From assembly GCA_051294905.1 (NCBI GenBank), contig CM119378.1, positions 21,080,001 to 21,144,000 of the forward strand: 64,000 nt of DNA, in the 5' to 3' direction. The notes under the pieces are model-generated. The model saw nothing but the letters and a program-made list of their open reading frames with translations. It did no database searches and was not told the origin of the DNA. Within the stretch, counting starts at the first letter, position 1, and each line of letters starts with the position of its first letter. This document shows, one piece after another, positions 36,201-51,200 of this stretch. The position numbers were made by a program, and so were the translations under genes. Source of the DNA: Botryllus schlosseri (lineage: Eukaryota).

Positions 36201-39200
36201 TGAATGATTGAAAAAGCCTTACTGCAAATCAAGTAATACGTCTGGATAATCACATACTGCCTCTAACTATAGCCAAATCTGCTATCCAAGTCGACTAATT
36301 TCGTACTCTCTAAACGTCTGTAACTTATCGCATAAGACTGACACAGTACTATAGTTTGTAAGCTACATTTGTATAGACACTCTCCCGGCCCACAATTAGA
36401 AATCGCGTTGTACGGAACGAGCCGTCCAAAAAGCAGTAAAACTTTACGACCAACTTTACGGGCGGCAAATCCAATAGAAACCCAATCGCAATCTTACCCG
36501 CATTGATGCCCGTCCATCTGTACTCGATTAAATATCCCAGGATTTTCGTTTTATGCTGCGCGGTGCGGATGCGGGTGGCGCCCAACAGACTCGGTTTTCT
36601 CCAGGACAGTTGCAAAAGGCCAGCGCTGGTGGTGCTGGCGAACAACGCTTGTGGTTGAGGTACGACGGTCCTGCGAGTGGAGGCTGCCGGTCGCAGACCT
36701 TGATACAGTGAGGATATTAACGTTAACAATGTCGCGCGTGAGCAAATCGTCGTAAATTTTTTTTGCCATCAGCCGGGGTAGCTTTGTAGGTCTGCAAATG
36801 TACATGTACATTGTTGGGGCAGACTATACACAAAGAGCGATATAATATTGCAAATATTCATTATGCTGTTTTGCTTTTAACAGGTGCTAAGGGCAGGAGT
36901 TCGCCTCGTATTACACCGCTGACCATTGCAGCTGGTCTGAAAATGTGCAATGTCTTCAACGCAGGTTTGGTTTCTATTAACTAAACCAGTTCCTAACGCG
37001 GTCGATATCGCCCCTCACCCCAAGTGGGCGATTTTGAGAAATATGGGGTTGCTAGGGGAAGATGGGGGGTGAAATTGTTTAAATGTTTAGTGAGATATAT
37101 TTAATTAACCCGACCAAACAATACACCTGAAAACGGCTAGTCGCGGAAGCCGGCTTTCCGAGCACCGTCTCAGAAAAATGACCTTTTTAGCCATTACACA
37201 CCAGCGATGAGATTTGGGCGAATAAATTTTTCGTCTTTTTCGGATCCGCAAATATGGGGGCGACACACAAAATCACCCAGCATGTATATATTAACATACG
37301 CGTAACCAACAGAAATAACCACGATATTATCCAAACTTCCTGATATATTGGCTATTTCTGTTCATTACCAACACTTTATTTACCTTGGTTGTTTTGTGGA
37401 TCGCGTTTAATTTGGTTGAAACACTAATGAACGCAGTAATCAGTGTTTCATCAGTGTTTAATCAGTGTTGCCTATCACGTCGAAGAGTCCTCAAGACTAA
37501 AGCAAGAAGCAGTGGGGCATGGAATGTATGAAATGTAATGCAGTAAGCAGAGTCAAAAAGTAGATCCAGGAGCTGACTACATTCTAAATAGCAAGATGCA
37601 TCTTCATTCTTCATAACTAAGACAAAATTACTGATAACTATACAAACACGCGCGATCTTCAGATGAACGCAGCTCATGACATCACTGATAAAAGTGATGG
37701 AGACGTATCGTAAACTACTTTCAACATTCAAAGTGTAATTAGTTAGTTGGTACCTATCTGCATAAGTACTGCAAGTAAGCGAAACCTACACGAGTGCTCC
37801 GTAAGGTTGTGAAGTATTTCGTTACCGACTAGTCAAGAAATATGTAACGGGGAAGCAGCTACCTTTCGTTCTTGCCGTGACCGTGTCACTGAAAGGCCCG
37901 CTTCTTATTTTATTAACAGGCAGTACCGCTATCTCGTAGACGGTATCGGGAAGTAGATTGCCCAAAATCATCACATTGTCGGACCGATTCGGCTTGTTGG
38001 TAGCCCAAGATGGGTCGACTATTCCAGTTTGACGGTACCTGCATAACAATAATATTGACCGAGTTAACAGGCACGCTTGTGTGAATAAATTAAACACTGT
38101 CAAAAGTATCAATGCTGTATGTATTTCACTACCAGAAATTTCAGGTATCAGGGTACACCGCCAATAAAGATTAGAACTTTTCTTCTGTCAATAGACAGCG
38201 ATTAATCACACAATTGAAACTCTCATCTCCGCGAACAACGCAAGACGGATACTACAACACTGGAGCGGTGCAATTTCTAAACTAGTTCTCGTGTTGATAC
38301 GAAAAGACACAACCCGGTGTAAATCGTCAACAATTCAACCTATAGCACTTTTCTATATTCACCAAAATCTTATGGGTCGACCGCAAGCACTTCTGCTTAC
38401 AAATTGATCGCGAGAAGTAGTCTACCTACACAAAGTAGAATTACTCGTGAAAGTATTTTACATAGAAATTACAAAATTGCATTTTAGAGGGCTGGGTTCA
38501 GAGCAAGAATTGCTGTGCAGTGCGCATGCCCAGGGTCAAAATAGCGCAGCCATCTTTCAGAGAAAGAATATTGAGCCTTCATGTCATTTTCGCATTTCAC
38601 GATGGGTAGACTATAAATCCTTATGGTATAGTTTTCATCCACACATATAAGTGGGAATGATCATCCCTCCCTCGCATATGGTGGAAATAACTTCCACCAT
38701 AACCTTTCAGCCCAAGCTACCCCACCGTCGCTTGTAGCTCACTGTAGCTACGCTTACAAGTGTCAGTAGAGAATGATCCACAGATAGTACCTACCAAACC
38801 ATGAAATACTGCGGATAGCCGCCGTCGTATCCCGGCACCCAGGAAACGCGCAGAGCAGAATCGCTGAAAGGTTGCACGGTGATCTCCTTGATTTTGTGCG
38901 GCATGGTATCTGTTAAATTGGCTCACGTTGCACAATCACTGCACGCAATCAAAAGAAACCAACGAATGCAGCGCACTTACATTTGACCAAGATCTGGACG
39001 TCGGTAGCAACTTCCGCTACGGAGTTTTTCAATACGCACTGCCAGACGCCGTGTATGTGTTTAGTGACGGGTTCTATCCGAAGACTGCCCCTTGTGTCGT
39101 CGTACTGGATTGGTTCTTCCGTTTCGCTAACCTGTCACAAATACGATATGTGGCTAGTGCCTTACGCAAATAGCGGCAAGAACGACTTATGTCTGCATAT

Positions 39201-42200
39201 GTTGACTTACCGGTATCGGCCAACCTCAGTCGATAATAATCGGCCAGTTCAGTGACGTCATCAGCTATCACAGTTGTTGCAAGCGAGATGGTTTTCACTA
39301 CTGCTACGTTGGGGACGTGCTAGTTTCATACTTAGCAGGAGTTTTATTGTATATAAGATGATATGGGATATATTTCCACTATAATTAGATTTCTAGTGTC
39401 CGGAGCTGGTCTAAGTAGTCAGCGTATCTACCTATATAGAAGTAGAGGTAACGCCCATAATTTCCACTCATTTACAAGGGGAAGTAGTGATTTCATAGAG
39501 ATGTCAAAACAACTTCAGAGGGAACTAGAAAATAATAGGTTTGAAAAGTACTCAAAGAGTTGAAAAACTCATTTAAGTAGGCTATAACGGTGGCATACTT
39601 TCAGAAGATAATCGACTGCGACTATTATCAAAATTGCCTTCGCGACCGAAACAAAATGACACTACAAACTGACGAAACACATGCCTTAAATTACCACGAT
39701 GCGGTGGATATCTGGAACGTTTTCTACACGATTTCACTCATACCAGTAACGCAATTTTGACCAACACTAATTTCCACTCTTCAAAATCCACCGCGGTGAA
39801 GGTGACTAGTAGTTAAAGTAGTCTACAAAGATTGTGCACAATGTGCAGGTATAGGCTTCCTGTACTTGAGAATAACTCTACGACGTGTCTATACCGTTTC
39901 ATCAGCGACTACAGTCATCCATAAGGGACAATATATGCATATCTATCTATATACACATGTTACGGAATCAGCCCGATTATACCTTTCTCCAAGATACTTT
40001 GGGCGGCGGGTCGCCCGTGCCGTCGCAAGGTATATACAGGCTCTTTCCGATTTCCGCTTCGTACACGTCAGTCGGCTGGTCGGTGAAACGCGGCGGCTTG
40101 CGTACGTTCAAGTCCGTGCCGGTGCTTTCGCCTGCGGTGCCGATGCGGTTCGACGGGGTGCAAGCGTATCGGCCGGCGTCGGAAAACGCGGCGGGTTCTA
40201 TGATGAGGCTGTAGTGCTCGTCAAGATACATGCGGGGGTCCTGAAATCAAGAGCGAATGTGAATGGAGCGCAGTATGATATTTTGAGAGCATCTGTTACC
40301 AGAGGTGGTGTGTAACGAAGTACTCAAGTCGGTTTTGCCGTCGTGTACTTCTAAAGTGGTTGTTGAGGCCAAACTTCTTACTTTTACACTTGGGATTTTG
40401 TAAAGTTAAGAGCAGTTTTGGTTTTTATCACTTTGGTAAGTGAAATTATCAGATCAACCAAGCGAAATAGCCCCTATATCATGATAGCAGATTATATCTT
40501 CGAACAATACTCTATTGTGTGGAGACATCGGTCATATTGCGTTCTCGTGAACATCTTCCGCATCTCCGAATATCGAAAGTAAAACCCCGTCGATATCCTG
40601 CCACAAGTGAATGATACTTCGAGTAAATCTACTTGTGCATATTTCACACTTGTCATTTTCCATCTCTACTTGATGTATAGTTATGGCATGTCTTGGAGGC
40701 CGTTGCTTCGACTTGGAATTTAGTAGATATTTATATGGATTTTGCTGATTTATTCGTGGTGTGGGATGGGGTGCGAATCAAGTCACGGGCAGGTTAATGA
40801 GCCCGATACACCTGTAAATATGCGATAACAAGTAGAGGGCTAGTTGGATTCTGTTTGTATATTCCGTCCTGAATTGATGATACGCTTTCTTTTTGCTAAC
40901 ATCTTACTGCAAAATGGATTCAATCAAAGTTTTTGCTTTGTGAAAGTATCAAAGTAAATGTATTTCACCACGCCAACTAATTCTTAGGGCGGATGCACCA
41001 TCCTAATGAAAACCCAGCATTCAGTCGCACTCTCACTCTGCAACGACGAAGGGTGTGTTTATACTAGAGAGCTGGTCGAAATGCGCAGTCTATTCTCAAT
41101 GATGTTCGGACGGGGCAATCACTTACCCTGCGGTGGTTTACCACGACGCCATCTTTCCTCCACACGACGCTGTTTACAGGTGGTTCTGCATCGCAAGGGC
41201 AAGTCAATATCGCTTTCAAGCCGTTACCGGCATGTACGAACGGCGGCATATCATGGACTCTTGCCCGAACTGGAACATAGAGAAAGTGTTGCTATGAGAT
41301 AGGCGACCGGTTTCAGAGTTGAAGCCTATGGCAACAGTGTAATAGGCTTGAGGATATGCCATGCCATTACTAACTCTGGTAGTACGTTTGAGATACCGGT
41401 TGCAAACATAAGCTTATAGTACGCTAAGAGAAGGATAAGAAATAATTTCCTCCCTACGCAATGGAGGATGCAAAATCTACCGCATACGGTGTGTAACATT
41501 GGCCACTTATAAGGAGGACAACTACGTCATTTGCGTTTGCATTTACTTCGGCATAAACCAAATCTTACGACTTGTCAGACTTATATCGACTAAGTCACAT
41601 ATGGTAGTTCAAGTGCATCATAATATACATCCTCAGCGTGAACAATGACCTCCCCGAATCAAATTAGCCCTGACATATGATTTTGTATAGATGCTATCAT
41701 TTATCAAGATATGACAGGATTGTTTGTATGAAAATTTCGAAATGATTTGATTGAACTTCGTTCTTAAACCACTGACGTTGCGGTGACACTAAATCGCAGT
41801 AGTGTATACATCTTCTGTAACGTTCAACGCTACTTATTGAACTTTACAAGTCTTAGTGGTCGTCCGAAGACAGATGTTGTTGTTACTATCTCACGGTACG
41901 TCACCTTCTTCAACCGTCATAAGGTATCAGACATTGCCATACCTCTGTCACGGTGGTATTTATCAATTCTCACCAAAGCGACATACCATGTTCGAAAACT
42001 GATTAAAACCTACACTGTACAAACAGAGACGCGGTCGCTTTTGGTGAAGGCTGAATTCCATTATCGGGAACGCATGTAACGTTGCCCTTGTCTCTCGATA
42101 TCACAGTGTAAATGATTAGAGATCCATCCGCTAACACTTTGTATCTCCCGCTGAGATGACTTGATATCTCCACGTCCACGTTGTTATAATACCATCTGAA

Positions 42201-45200
42201 CAAGAGAATGTACCGTATATTTCAAAGAGTAATTCGAAGCGTTGACAGCATGCGGAAGTAATAGCTGAATGAAACTGAGTTTGGAAATGGGCGAGGATAT
42301 TGGCTATCAATAGACGGGGCGAGATTCATTCGCCGCCAGTAATATGGGTAATACTCGTATTCTAATGCGGCTTATGTTTTATATGATCAACTCGAGATTC
42401 TATAATTTTAGTTCACAAGTCGATCTATCTTGGAAGGACCATACCGAGAAGCTATCTGTTGAACTTCACCATGGCGTTGGTATGTTACGACGCGTTAGAT
42501 ATTTAGTATCCTAGACATGGCTTCGCGAATATACATTTTGCAAAGGTTTAGAGTCGTTACACAATATTGACACACACATGAGTTTGGGTTGCTGTAACAA
42601 AACTACTTTGTGCCCAATAGAGGTGATACAAAACAACGCTATCAGTGTCCTTACGCGTTCATATCGATGCAATTTCGTCTTATCGAGTGGAGAATATTGG
42701 GGGTAGAAGAAATTACATCCATAGCTAGATTCTAGGTTACTCGAGTAGTTTTAGAAGCGATAAATAAATATTTACTCAATACAGGTAGAAGTTGGGAATT
42801 TCAAGAGTTTGAAAAGCTAATGCAAGTGTAATGAAACGTCTGAAAAGTACTCAAGTAGCTTTGTAAAGTATATTTAATCGAAGGTGGTAAATCGAAAATT
42901 TGTTACTTTCGAAGGTGCAAAATATATCTTCACTGCATAGCGAAATGACTGATGACTCGGTTTATATATCAATTTTTAAAACTATATTTCGTTACTATGA
43001 TACAGGCGCTGTATTACAGGGCCCACTTAATGATAAAACCTCACTCACAAAATCACACAAACCAGTCAATACTTTCTACTTCTAAACGACAAACTGGAAC
43101 TAGAATTTGAACTAAAAATGGATTTAGGAAAGGAAAGGTCTGGCATAAGCTGAATTTCGTAGTTTTAAATGGTAGTTTTGTTCGAGGGATCGCATACTTT
43201 TGGCAGGTAATCGGAAAAAGGTAGCCTACCTTCAAAATTGTAAGTTGTATTTTTGTGACCATACCGCAAAACGACTAATGACACCACAAATTGGTGCAAT
43301 CTTAATAGATCTATTTAATTATCGCGATTTGAGGGCTGTTTCACACGGTTAGTGTGACACTTACCCAGATAAAAGGGATGAAAACTCATCTCAAAACTAC
43401 ATGCTTCTTTTCTAACTACAGATTGAATAAAGTAAGTGATTTTGCGAAAAAAACTATTCAAGTGATAGTGAAAGTACTTAGACGTATAATCACTTGAAGA
43501 GAGCTTTCAATATAATATCCTTTGTAGTGAACATTTAATAACCCAAAGGGTTTTCGGGGGCCTCTTTTCAAGAGTCATCTGCAAACTAAAGAACTTTACA
43601 CAAATTTGAAAAAAAAATGTAGGGCAATTACTATGGGCAACACGTACTTAAGTACTTCGAAAAAGTAGAATTAGGCCTACTGTGTTACTGACCATTTCTG
43701 AAAATGATACATATATTGTGCCGTCACGCTACGAGTTTATACGTTAATCCATTTCAACTACCCCAACATTAAGTTATTATCACCTGTAACGCATCACCTC
43801 CGGGTAACCAGTCGCTTTGCAATCGAATAGCGCGTTCTTTTCCTCCCTTGTACGCTGATCAGTAGGCCGTTCCAAGAACTCGGGTGGCGCTGTAAACGAT
43901 ATGCGTAACGTACACAGTTGCGATCCGCGTTTTGTCGCAAGTCAAACCTTTCACTTTCACGACGGCTTGCTGTTGAATTTTGCCTTCCAAGCTTTGCGCC
44001 TGGCACGTGTAGATTCCGCGATGTGAAGTGTTCGATTTCTTGATGGCCAGCTGGTGGGTGTGACCTTGGCTTAGCAGTATTCCGTTCTAAACATGAATTA
44101 CAGACAATGCCATGGATGATGCGCTATAACCAGGTGTAAACGGCACGGTATAAAACTGAATAGGCCGGCATACTGTAGCGCCGAACGGTTTATAATAATG
44201 GTCAACGTTTTCATAGCAATCGGCCACTCATACAGCGACAACAGAGATGCACGATAAGAACATACAGTGGTGATCCCAAAAATGGACTTGACAGCCCGTT
44301 TGATTTAAAGCCGTTATCATAAGTGCAAGTAACGAAGTACTACCTTTTCGGAGTACACAGGAGAGTCTGGCGTACTTGCATTACATACTGAAATGGTTAT
44401 GCTTTACACTGCTACCACTTCAACTTCAAGATGACCAGGTCTTTGGTAAAACTAATTGCATTTAACCATTTGTATAATATCCCCTCTGCCCCGGTAACTA
44501 AATATATTTCCGAAGATTTTACGCACGATTAGGTTATTAGTTATTTTGCATTTGTCGCAATGATTTCGAAAGTAGCTTAATTAGTATTGACAAGCCTCGA
44601 AAATTCATACTTCTCTTCGTAATTGAGTAGCAACGCCGACAATTTCGACCAACTCTGGCGGTAATTCAGGGTTTGGATTCCCCCATGAGTACTCCATATT
44701 AACCTAATCAGCTAAATATGTAACAAAAAAGATCTATTGCGAATCAGATGCTATAAATGCCATATAATATGTTTTAGAAACAACGCCAAATACCTCGCCG
44801 CTCCGGATCTGTAGACCGTTCTTCCACCAGGTAATAACCGGTTGTGGCCGACCCGTGGCTCGACATTTCAACACCAAGCTCTCTCCCTGCCGCACGATGC
44901 TGTCGTCAAGATGTGGCGGTTGAAATGTTGGCGGATCTAAACAAGAATAGTTGAATTTACATTTCTAAACAACAATATACTATACGTGCTTATTAACACA
45001 CACATTTGCTGGCCTATACTTGATTATATTGCCTAACTTGCCTAACTCCGAGTATCGGTATGGTGAAAAATATCCAGTGGACTGAAAACTGAATAATATC
45101 GAGTGGACATAAATGCATTTCAAAGCACATGGTGCATATAGGTATGGAATGCGTAAACAAAGCAAGCATTTTATTCTCCCGTAATTACGTAAGATAGCAC

Positions 45201-48200
45201 GGATCAATTTCACAGAGCATGCACCAGGAGAAATTGCATTACCAGAGAAATTTGATACCACATTGATGATTGATGCCAGTTCAATTATATTTGATAATGC
45301 GTATCTAACTAATGCCTTTGGGACGGTCTACATCACAATATACGGACGATAATAACAACTCGCATAAATTACGTAATGTATCAGCCGTATACACAGGGTT
45401 GCCATCGACATGGATCCAAAAATAAGGACAGTCCAAAAATTAGTTTAGCATGAAAAAGTGTTTTTGTACATACTTTGTATTTATACGAGTCGTGGCATAT
45501 CACATTCCATAGTTTTCACCAGAAACAATCTGCTCCAGCAACTCCTTGTTATTAAAAGTGCTTCATGGATCTCACGACAGCTTAGGTCTAGGTTTACCTT
45601 TACTCAGGGCCGATACAGCACTTCCATCAGCCCCCCCACCACCCCCCCTTAGGGTGATAAACCAAACTTCTTCACCTCGTTAGAGGCGTAAACCAAGGCG
45701 GAAAAAGGCCATACACCACGCTTAGACCAACTCATTTTTGAGCGTATGGAGCAAAAACTCCAGTAACAATGCTTCTAGTCTTGGTCCTGGCCAAAGAAAA
45801 CTTACTTGCAATGTTGGAATCGGGGAATATTGCTTTGGACAATTGCGATGTGCAATCGTCGGTGGGGAATGATTGCTGGTGCCCTCGGGGGGCGATTTGG
45901 ATTTCGACGGGGGCGCAAATGCTCACGGGCGATATAGGGGGGGGCGCTGGGCTCAGGGGGCGGTATGGGGGCGCTGAAGAAAAATGGCCTCGCAGTAGAT
46001 GGTGTAGTAAGGAAATATGGTTATACAGTATATATTATATTCCAACCGGTACAAGCGAAGGTGTTTGAGTTTTTTATCAATAATTCTGGGATTACTCCCC
46101 GTCCAGGCTCTTTTTGCATATACACATGTTTCAACTGCAATAACTTCGCTTCTACTGATTGAAAGCTAGCAGAAATGGTTATGCGTCGTTCTTTTAGGCA
46201 ACTTAACGATTTCATGGGGTTGACAATAAAATTTGAAATTTATATTTTTATAATTTATTCAAAAATTTAAACAAGCTCTGCGGCCGCTTCTACTTGTTGA
46301 AATTGAGCCATATTTGTTGTGCAGCGTTTTTTAGGCAACCTAACAATTTAATCAGTGAATCCCTGGAATCCTAAAAAAAATTACATTAAAGATGCTTTGA
46401 AGCTTTTTGGCCAAAATCTTCAACTGAATATACTTTAGAGCAGTGGTTCCCAACCTTTTTCGGTGGCAGGGCCAAATTTAGAATTTCAGGGAACGGCCGG
46501 GGCCGCACGAATACCAAGGCAAGAAGGAACCCAAAATAGTCACTAAAATGTGAAAATTGGCATTGTTCCGATCATTCGCTTGGCGCCATTGGCCATTGTG
46601 TTGCCGCGCTCCCGTTGTTCAGAACAATCAACCTTTGCTGGTTATTTCGGAGTAGTTTTATTGCCCTGGCGAGATTTCAAATCGTATTTTTGGAATCAGT
46701 GCGACACTTGCTTCCAATAAACACTGACATATCAAATTATTCGGACGCTTGGGTCGCGAGCTATAGGACTACCAATTATGCTGCTTTTTGCCAGCTAAGC
46801 AGTACGCATCTCGGCGTATTGAATTGTGAGGCACTTGTTGCACATCTATCCGTAAATTAGTTATCAATACCCAGTGCCGTAACAGCACTTCGTCAGCCCC
46901 CCCCCTCCAAAAAAAACTTTCTCTTGGGCCCCCCCATAGGGTGATAAACAGAATTTCGAAGCCCCCAGACCCCCTCACGCTAGATGGGTGTTTACCGCTA
47001 TTTATCATCTAAATCGGGTGTCCGTATAGGCATCTTCTCGCGACTAATCGCGCGAAGCGCGAAAAGATTCTATAATTCATGATCGAATCGGTCAATATAA
47101 TCGGGAATTTCATATATATTGGTATCCATTTTTATCCTCTCTCTGCTCACGTAATCAGATTGACCGGTTGAGCCGAGTGAGTTGTGTTTGAAAAGGTAGG
47201 ACCAATCAATAATAAATAAGCCTCTTCGGGCGCATACCCGTTGGCAGGAACGAAACAGCACTTCGTCAGGCCCCCCAAAACACTTAGGTCTTGAGTTCCC
47301 ATAGGGTGATAAACCGAACCCCCGTGCCGTTGTTCGCTTCTGCCACGAAATCAGGATCCCCGTTTAACGAGCCAGCGTGGAGCGCGAAAATCTTCGATAA
47401 TTCAAAATAAAATAGGTCAATAAGATCGGGAATTGCATATATATTGCTATCAATTGCTTATCCCCTCTGCTCGCGTAATAAGATTTACCGGTAGAGCTGA
47501 GTGAGGTGTCTTGGAAACTGTAGGGTCCGTAAATAATAATTAAACATATTTGGACGGGCGGACCCGTTGGTACGACTGCGTTACATGATGTTATTTGTTA
47601 TTTCGTGACCTCCAGTCTGCTATATCAAGAAATATAGAATCGCCCAAACATACTAAACTAAAAGATGCACACGATTTCAAATTGGTAGTTCTTCACTGGC
47701 ATATAATTCTTCCCTGCGGGATGGTAGCCTATTTGTCTCGTGACGTTCAGATTGCCAAGACAGGAACATTCGGCGCTAGTCATTCAGGCGCCTAGAAGTT
47801 TTCGGTCAGCGTAAGGGCAGTCCTTTTCGGCCAAGGTTTTCTCGCTGCCGATCGTTCTGGCACACTTCTTGGAGTCGCATGTTACATGGCCTAAAACTTT
47901 ATATGTCTTCGCGCGTCGTGGCACGGTAATGGCCAACGCCGATATGCCCACTTCTATAAATCTTGCGTATTTTATCTTGGTCGAAGAGTACCCAAAAATT
48001 AAGGTACTTGGAAACTTGAAATCGCGCGCAGCGCGAAAAATCTTTGAAAAAGTTGCATAAAATTTCATAAAATACTCTATAATTTATACTAATTCACAAA
48101 ATAATTTTAGGTCCCATTCGAGCTCGCTCCCCCCAATTGGGGGGCTTTGGGCGCGGCAGTTACGGTCCTGTCAATACCTATATCTATACCTATATCTATA

Positions 48201-51200
48201 TGTACTGCCCGTTCAACTGGGAAGTCAGGGCACATTGCATTGAAACAGCAGTGTCGTAATCTTAGCAGTCTACTCACAACTTTCCTGCAATCCTAATTGA
48301 AAACTCCAGACTCCAAGCCAAACAAGAGTAGATCATAAATGTAATTTTTTTCATAAATCGATTTCTCAATATTTTTGTGGGGGCCGCAAGAAGGCTAGCT
48401 GGGGGCCGCATGCGGCCCGCAGGGCCGCGGTTGGGAATCACTGCTTTAGAGCTACAATACTTGAGAGCTACAAATTTAATCGTTAGAATATTTCTTCATC
48501 ATATCATAAATGATGATAATGCTTAGTGTTCTGACCAACATTCATGTTCAAGTTATGACATTGGTTCAGTACCAAATTTTAGTGTGGGAAAAGATCTCTA
48601 CCACATTCTAAGTTGATTTAGTAGTCACACAAAGCAATTAAACAAAACCCAATACAACTAACTTCACCGTATTTCCAATCGCAGAGGAGAATTCGGGATG
48701 TGTACATCGAGCTCGAACAAAATAGTGTGAGCCCGTAGGCCTTACCCGATGGTTATTATAACAACCATGATTTGATCCAGAATATAGCTCATACAACTAT
48801 TATATCGGTAATTAGTCGAGCGGTCCTCTGGCGCAATTCAAGCGTGAAATATTTATAATATTGAAGTCCTTATCCTAAACCGGACTTCGACCAATTACCC
48901 GTTGTTTTTACTACAGTCCTTAAAATAGGGGGGCGCCAGAGGCCAGACCCATGCAATTTTCGAAAGGGGGCGCTGGAGGGAAAAAGGTTAAGAACCACTG
49001 ATTTAAACTAATCAGATTTAGCCTTATTTGTAGCTAAAACTATATGCGTAAGTACAATATAATTTATAGAAAAAACCTGGTACTGCTGTTTACTGCTAAA
49101 TAACGTCCGCTGCGGTAGCTTGGTACAGACGAAACTGCTATAGCACCACTCACTGCCCTAGCTATGACACCACTTAGAAGTCAAATCTTGTGGTGTGTAC
49201 GTCACGAGAGTTCCTTTCATTTATGATGTCATAAAATCTCGACGAAAAAGCATAATTTTAGAATATTATGCAACACAGATACCAGAGGAAAACGATCGAA
49301 CTTCTGTAGCGGCTGAAAATAAGACAAAATAAGGACGCAAGTCGAAAATAAGGACATTTCTTAGAAATAAGGACAGTTGAGTTTTGTAAGACGTGACCCT
49401 TCAAAATAAGGACAAATCTTAGAAATAAGGACGGTATGGCATTCTATGGCAACCCTGCGTATACATGATGATTTATGATGATGCATCCATGATCCACCGT
49501 GCAAAAGGTAGGATTTTAGTCACAGAGCGGCAATGGTCGCATCACACAGCATTGTCAACCACCGGAATTGTACCTCATCGATATCAACGACTGATATTCT
49601 GATAAGATATCGCTTTATTGGATTACTTCACGGTCCTGAGCAATTTAGTTTGAGCACAGAGTCGGTTCCCTTGTGCGATAGAGTGACATTCTTCTAGCGT
49701 TGGTGCGATTACCTGTTGCATGCCTTCTTGGACTTTTGTGATACGATTGTTGATATACAAATGTTCTTTCCAATTCTCTACTAGTTGCTGACGATTACCC
49801 CTGACGAGTGTCAGCCGAAAATATTCGGGTTCAGTTCAATATGAATATACTATTCAATTGTATATTGGAGTTCTGTACATGCAAGAAGCAATTTCTTGGA
49901 GGAACAGTAGAACTTCAGTATAACAGAACCTTAAAATTTACAATCCGGTTATGCAATATTTGGTGATACGTTTATTGATATACAATGTTCTTTTCAATTC
50001 TCCACTAGTTGTTCCTCACGATTGTCTGTCGTAAATACTCCTGCTCATTTCAATATGAATATACTATTCAATTGTAAACTGCTGTATTTTGCACAACTTC
50101 ACAGATCATCCAAACTATTCTCTCGCATATGGGCGATTTGTAGAACACACAAAATGCATGCGTAATTAGAAGGTTTCAGATTAATACTGTAATCCACTTG
50201 CACGGCGGCCGGCGAGGTATAGGACATATATTATTCGACATCGGGAAATTCGTGCACAAAGTGGTAACAGGTTTCTAGTTGACTATTAAATATATTATTC
50301 AATAGAATATTGCGGCTTTGTACCCCCAATAAGCTATTCAAATATTCGACTATGTTCCTTCTTACGCGCAGTTTCGAGTGGAAGATGATAGAATAACGTC
50401 TTTCCGCGCCAATGTTAAGTCACGTTTAGAGTCATGCTGGGCCATTTGTGGCATTCCAAAATGCGCAGATTAGCTCGAAAATCTCAATGTCTCTTAGGCT
50501 ACGGGCACGCGTAGTCATTTGCAGTAAATCAGAATTATTTTAATGGAACCACTATCGATTACGAGATCATTATGTGCAACCGTGGAGCTTTCGAAGACAT
50601 CAGAACACACGATTTGCGGTCGAAATCCTTACTAATGATTGAGGTATTTCGATAGCAGGCTTTTTGTTCCGCGCCATGGCAAATTTTATCCAGTCATAAC
50701 ACCGGCAGGTGATTTGTCTTGGAGGGGTCACATTTCATGCGAGCAAAGCATCTGCACAGCGAGCAAAGCATATTGGAACCGTTGCGTTCATCGCAGTGAA
50801 ATTCTCGTATAGGATATAATGACAGTCTGTCGAATAGCTATTGCTAAACTGTGTGACTATACGGCCACAACGTGATTTTCGATTCATACTTGATCACACT
50901 TTTGTTGACGGTGAGAATTCTCACCAAGAATTTGTTTGGTAATTCCCCTTTTCACATTTACATAAGCTCGCTCCCAATCACGACAACCTCTTCAAAAAGT
51001 TTTATTTGTTAAGAAAAAAAACTGTGTAGCTCCAATGAGCGCATTTCTTGTTCCAATGATAGCCATAATGTAATCGGTTGACTTTATTCATGCGTGTGGA
51101 ATTGAATTCGTCACGGACTAAATGATATTGCAGCTATAACAACGGTCCCCTTACAAACCTGATGTTTATACATGTTATTTGTCTGGGGCGCTAACTTGAC

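Larger units (their letters stand above)
45394..49457. mobile_element. Outer non-autonomous hAT with AAATAAGGAC repeats
   Basis: Seen: 12-bp TIRs CAGGGTTGCCAT / ATGGCAACCCTG; exact TSD CGTATACA (45386-45393, 49458-49465). Confidence 0.9.

Noticed and set aside
40300-44370. Regulatory motif cluster from recurring GTAACGAAGTACT/TACTCAAGTA strings (also near 19700, 24420, 30020, 42740)
   Set aside because: More simply explained as decayed copies of one transposon-derived repeat; boundaries are too degenerate to annotate.
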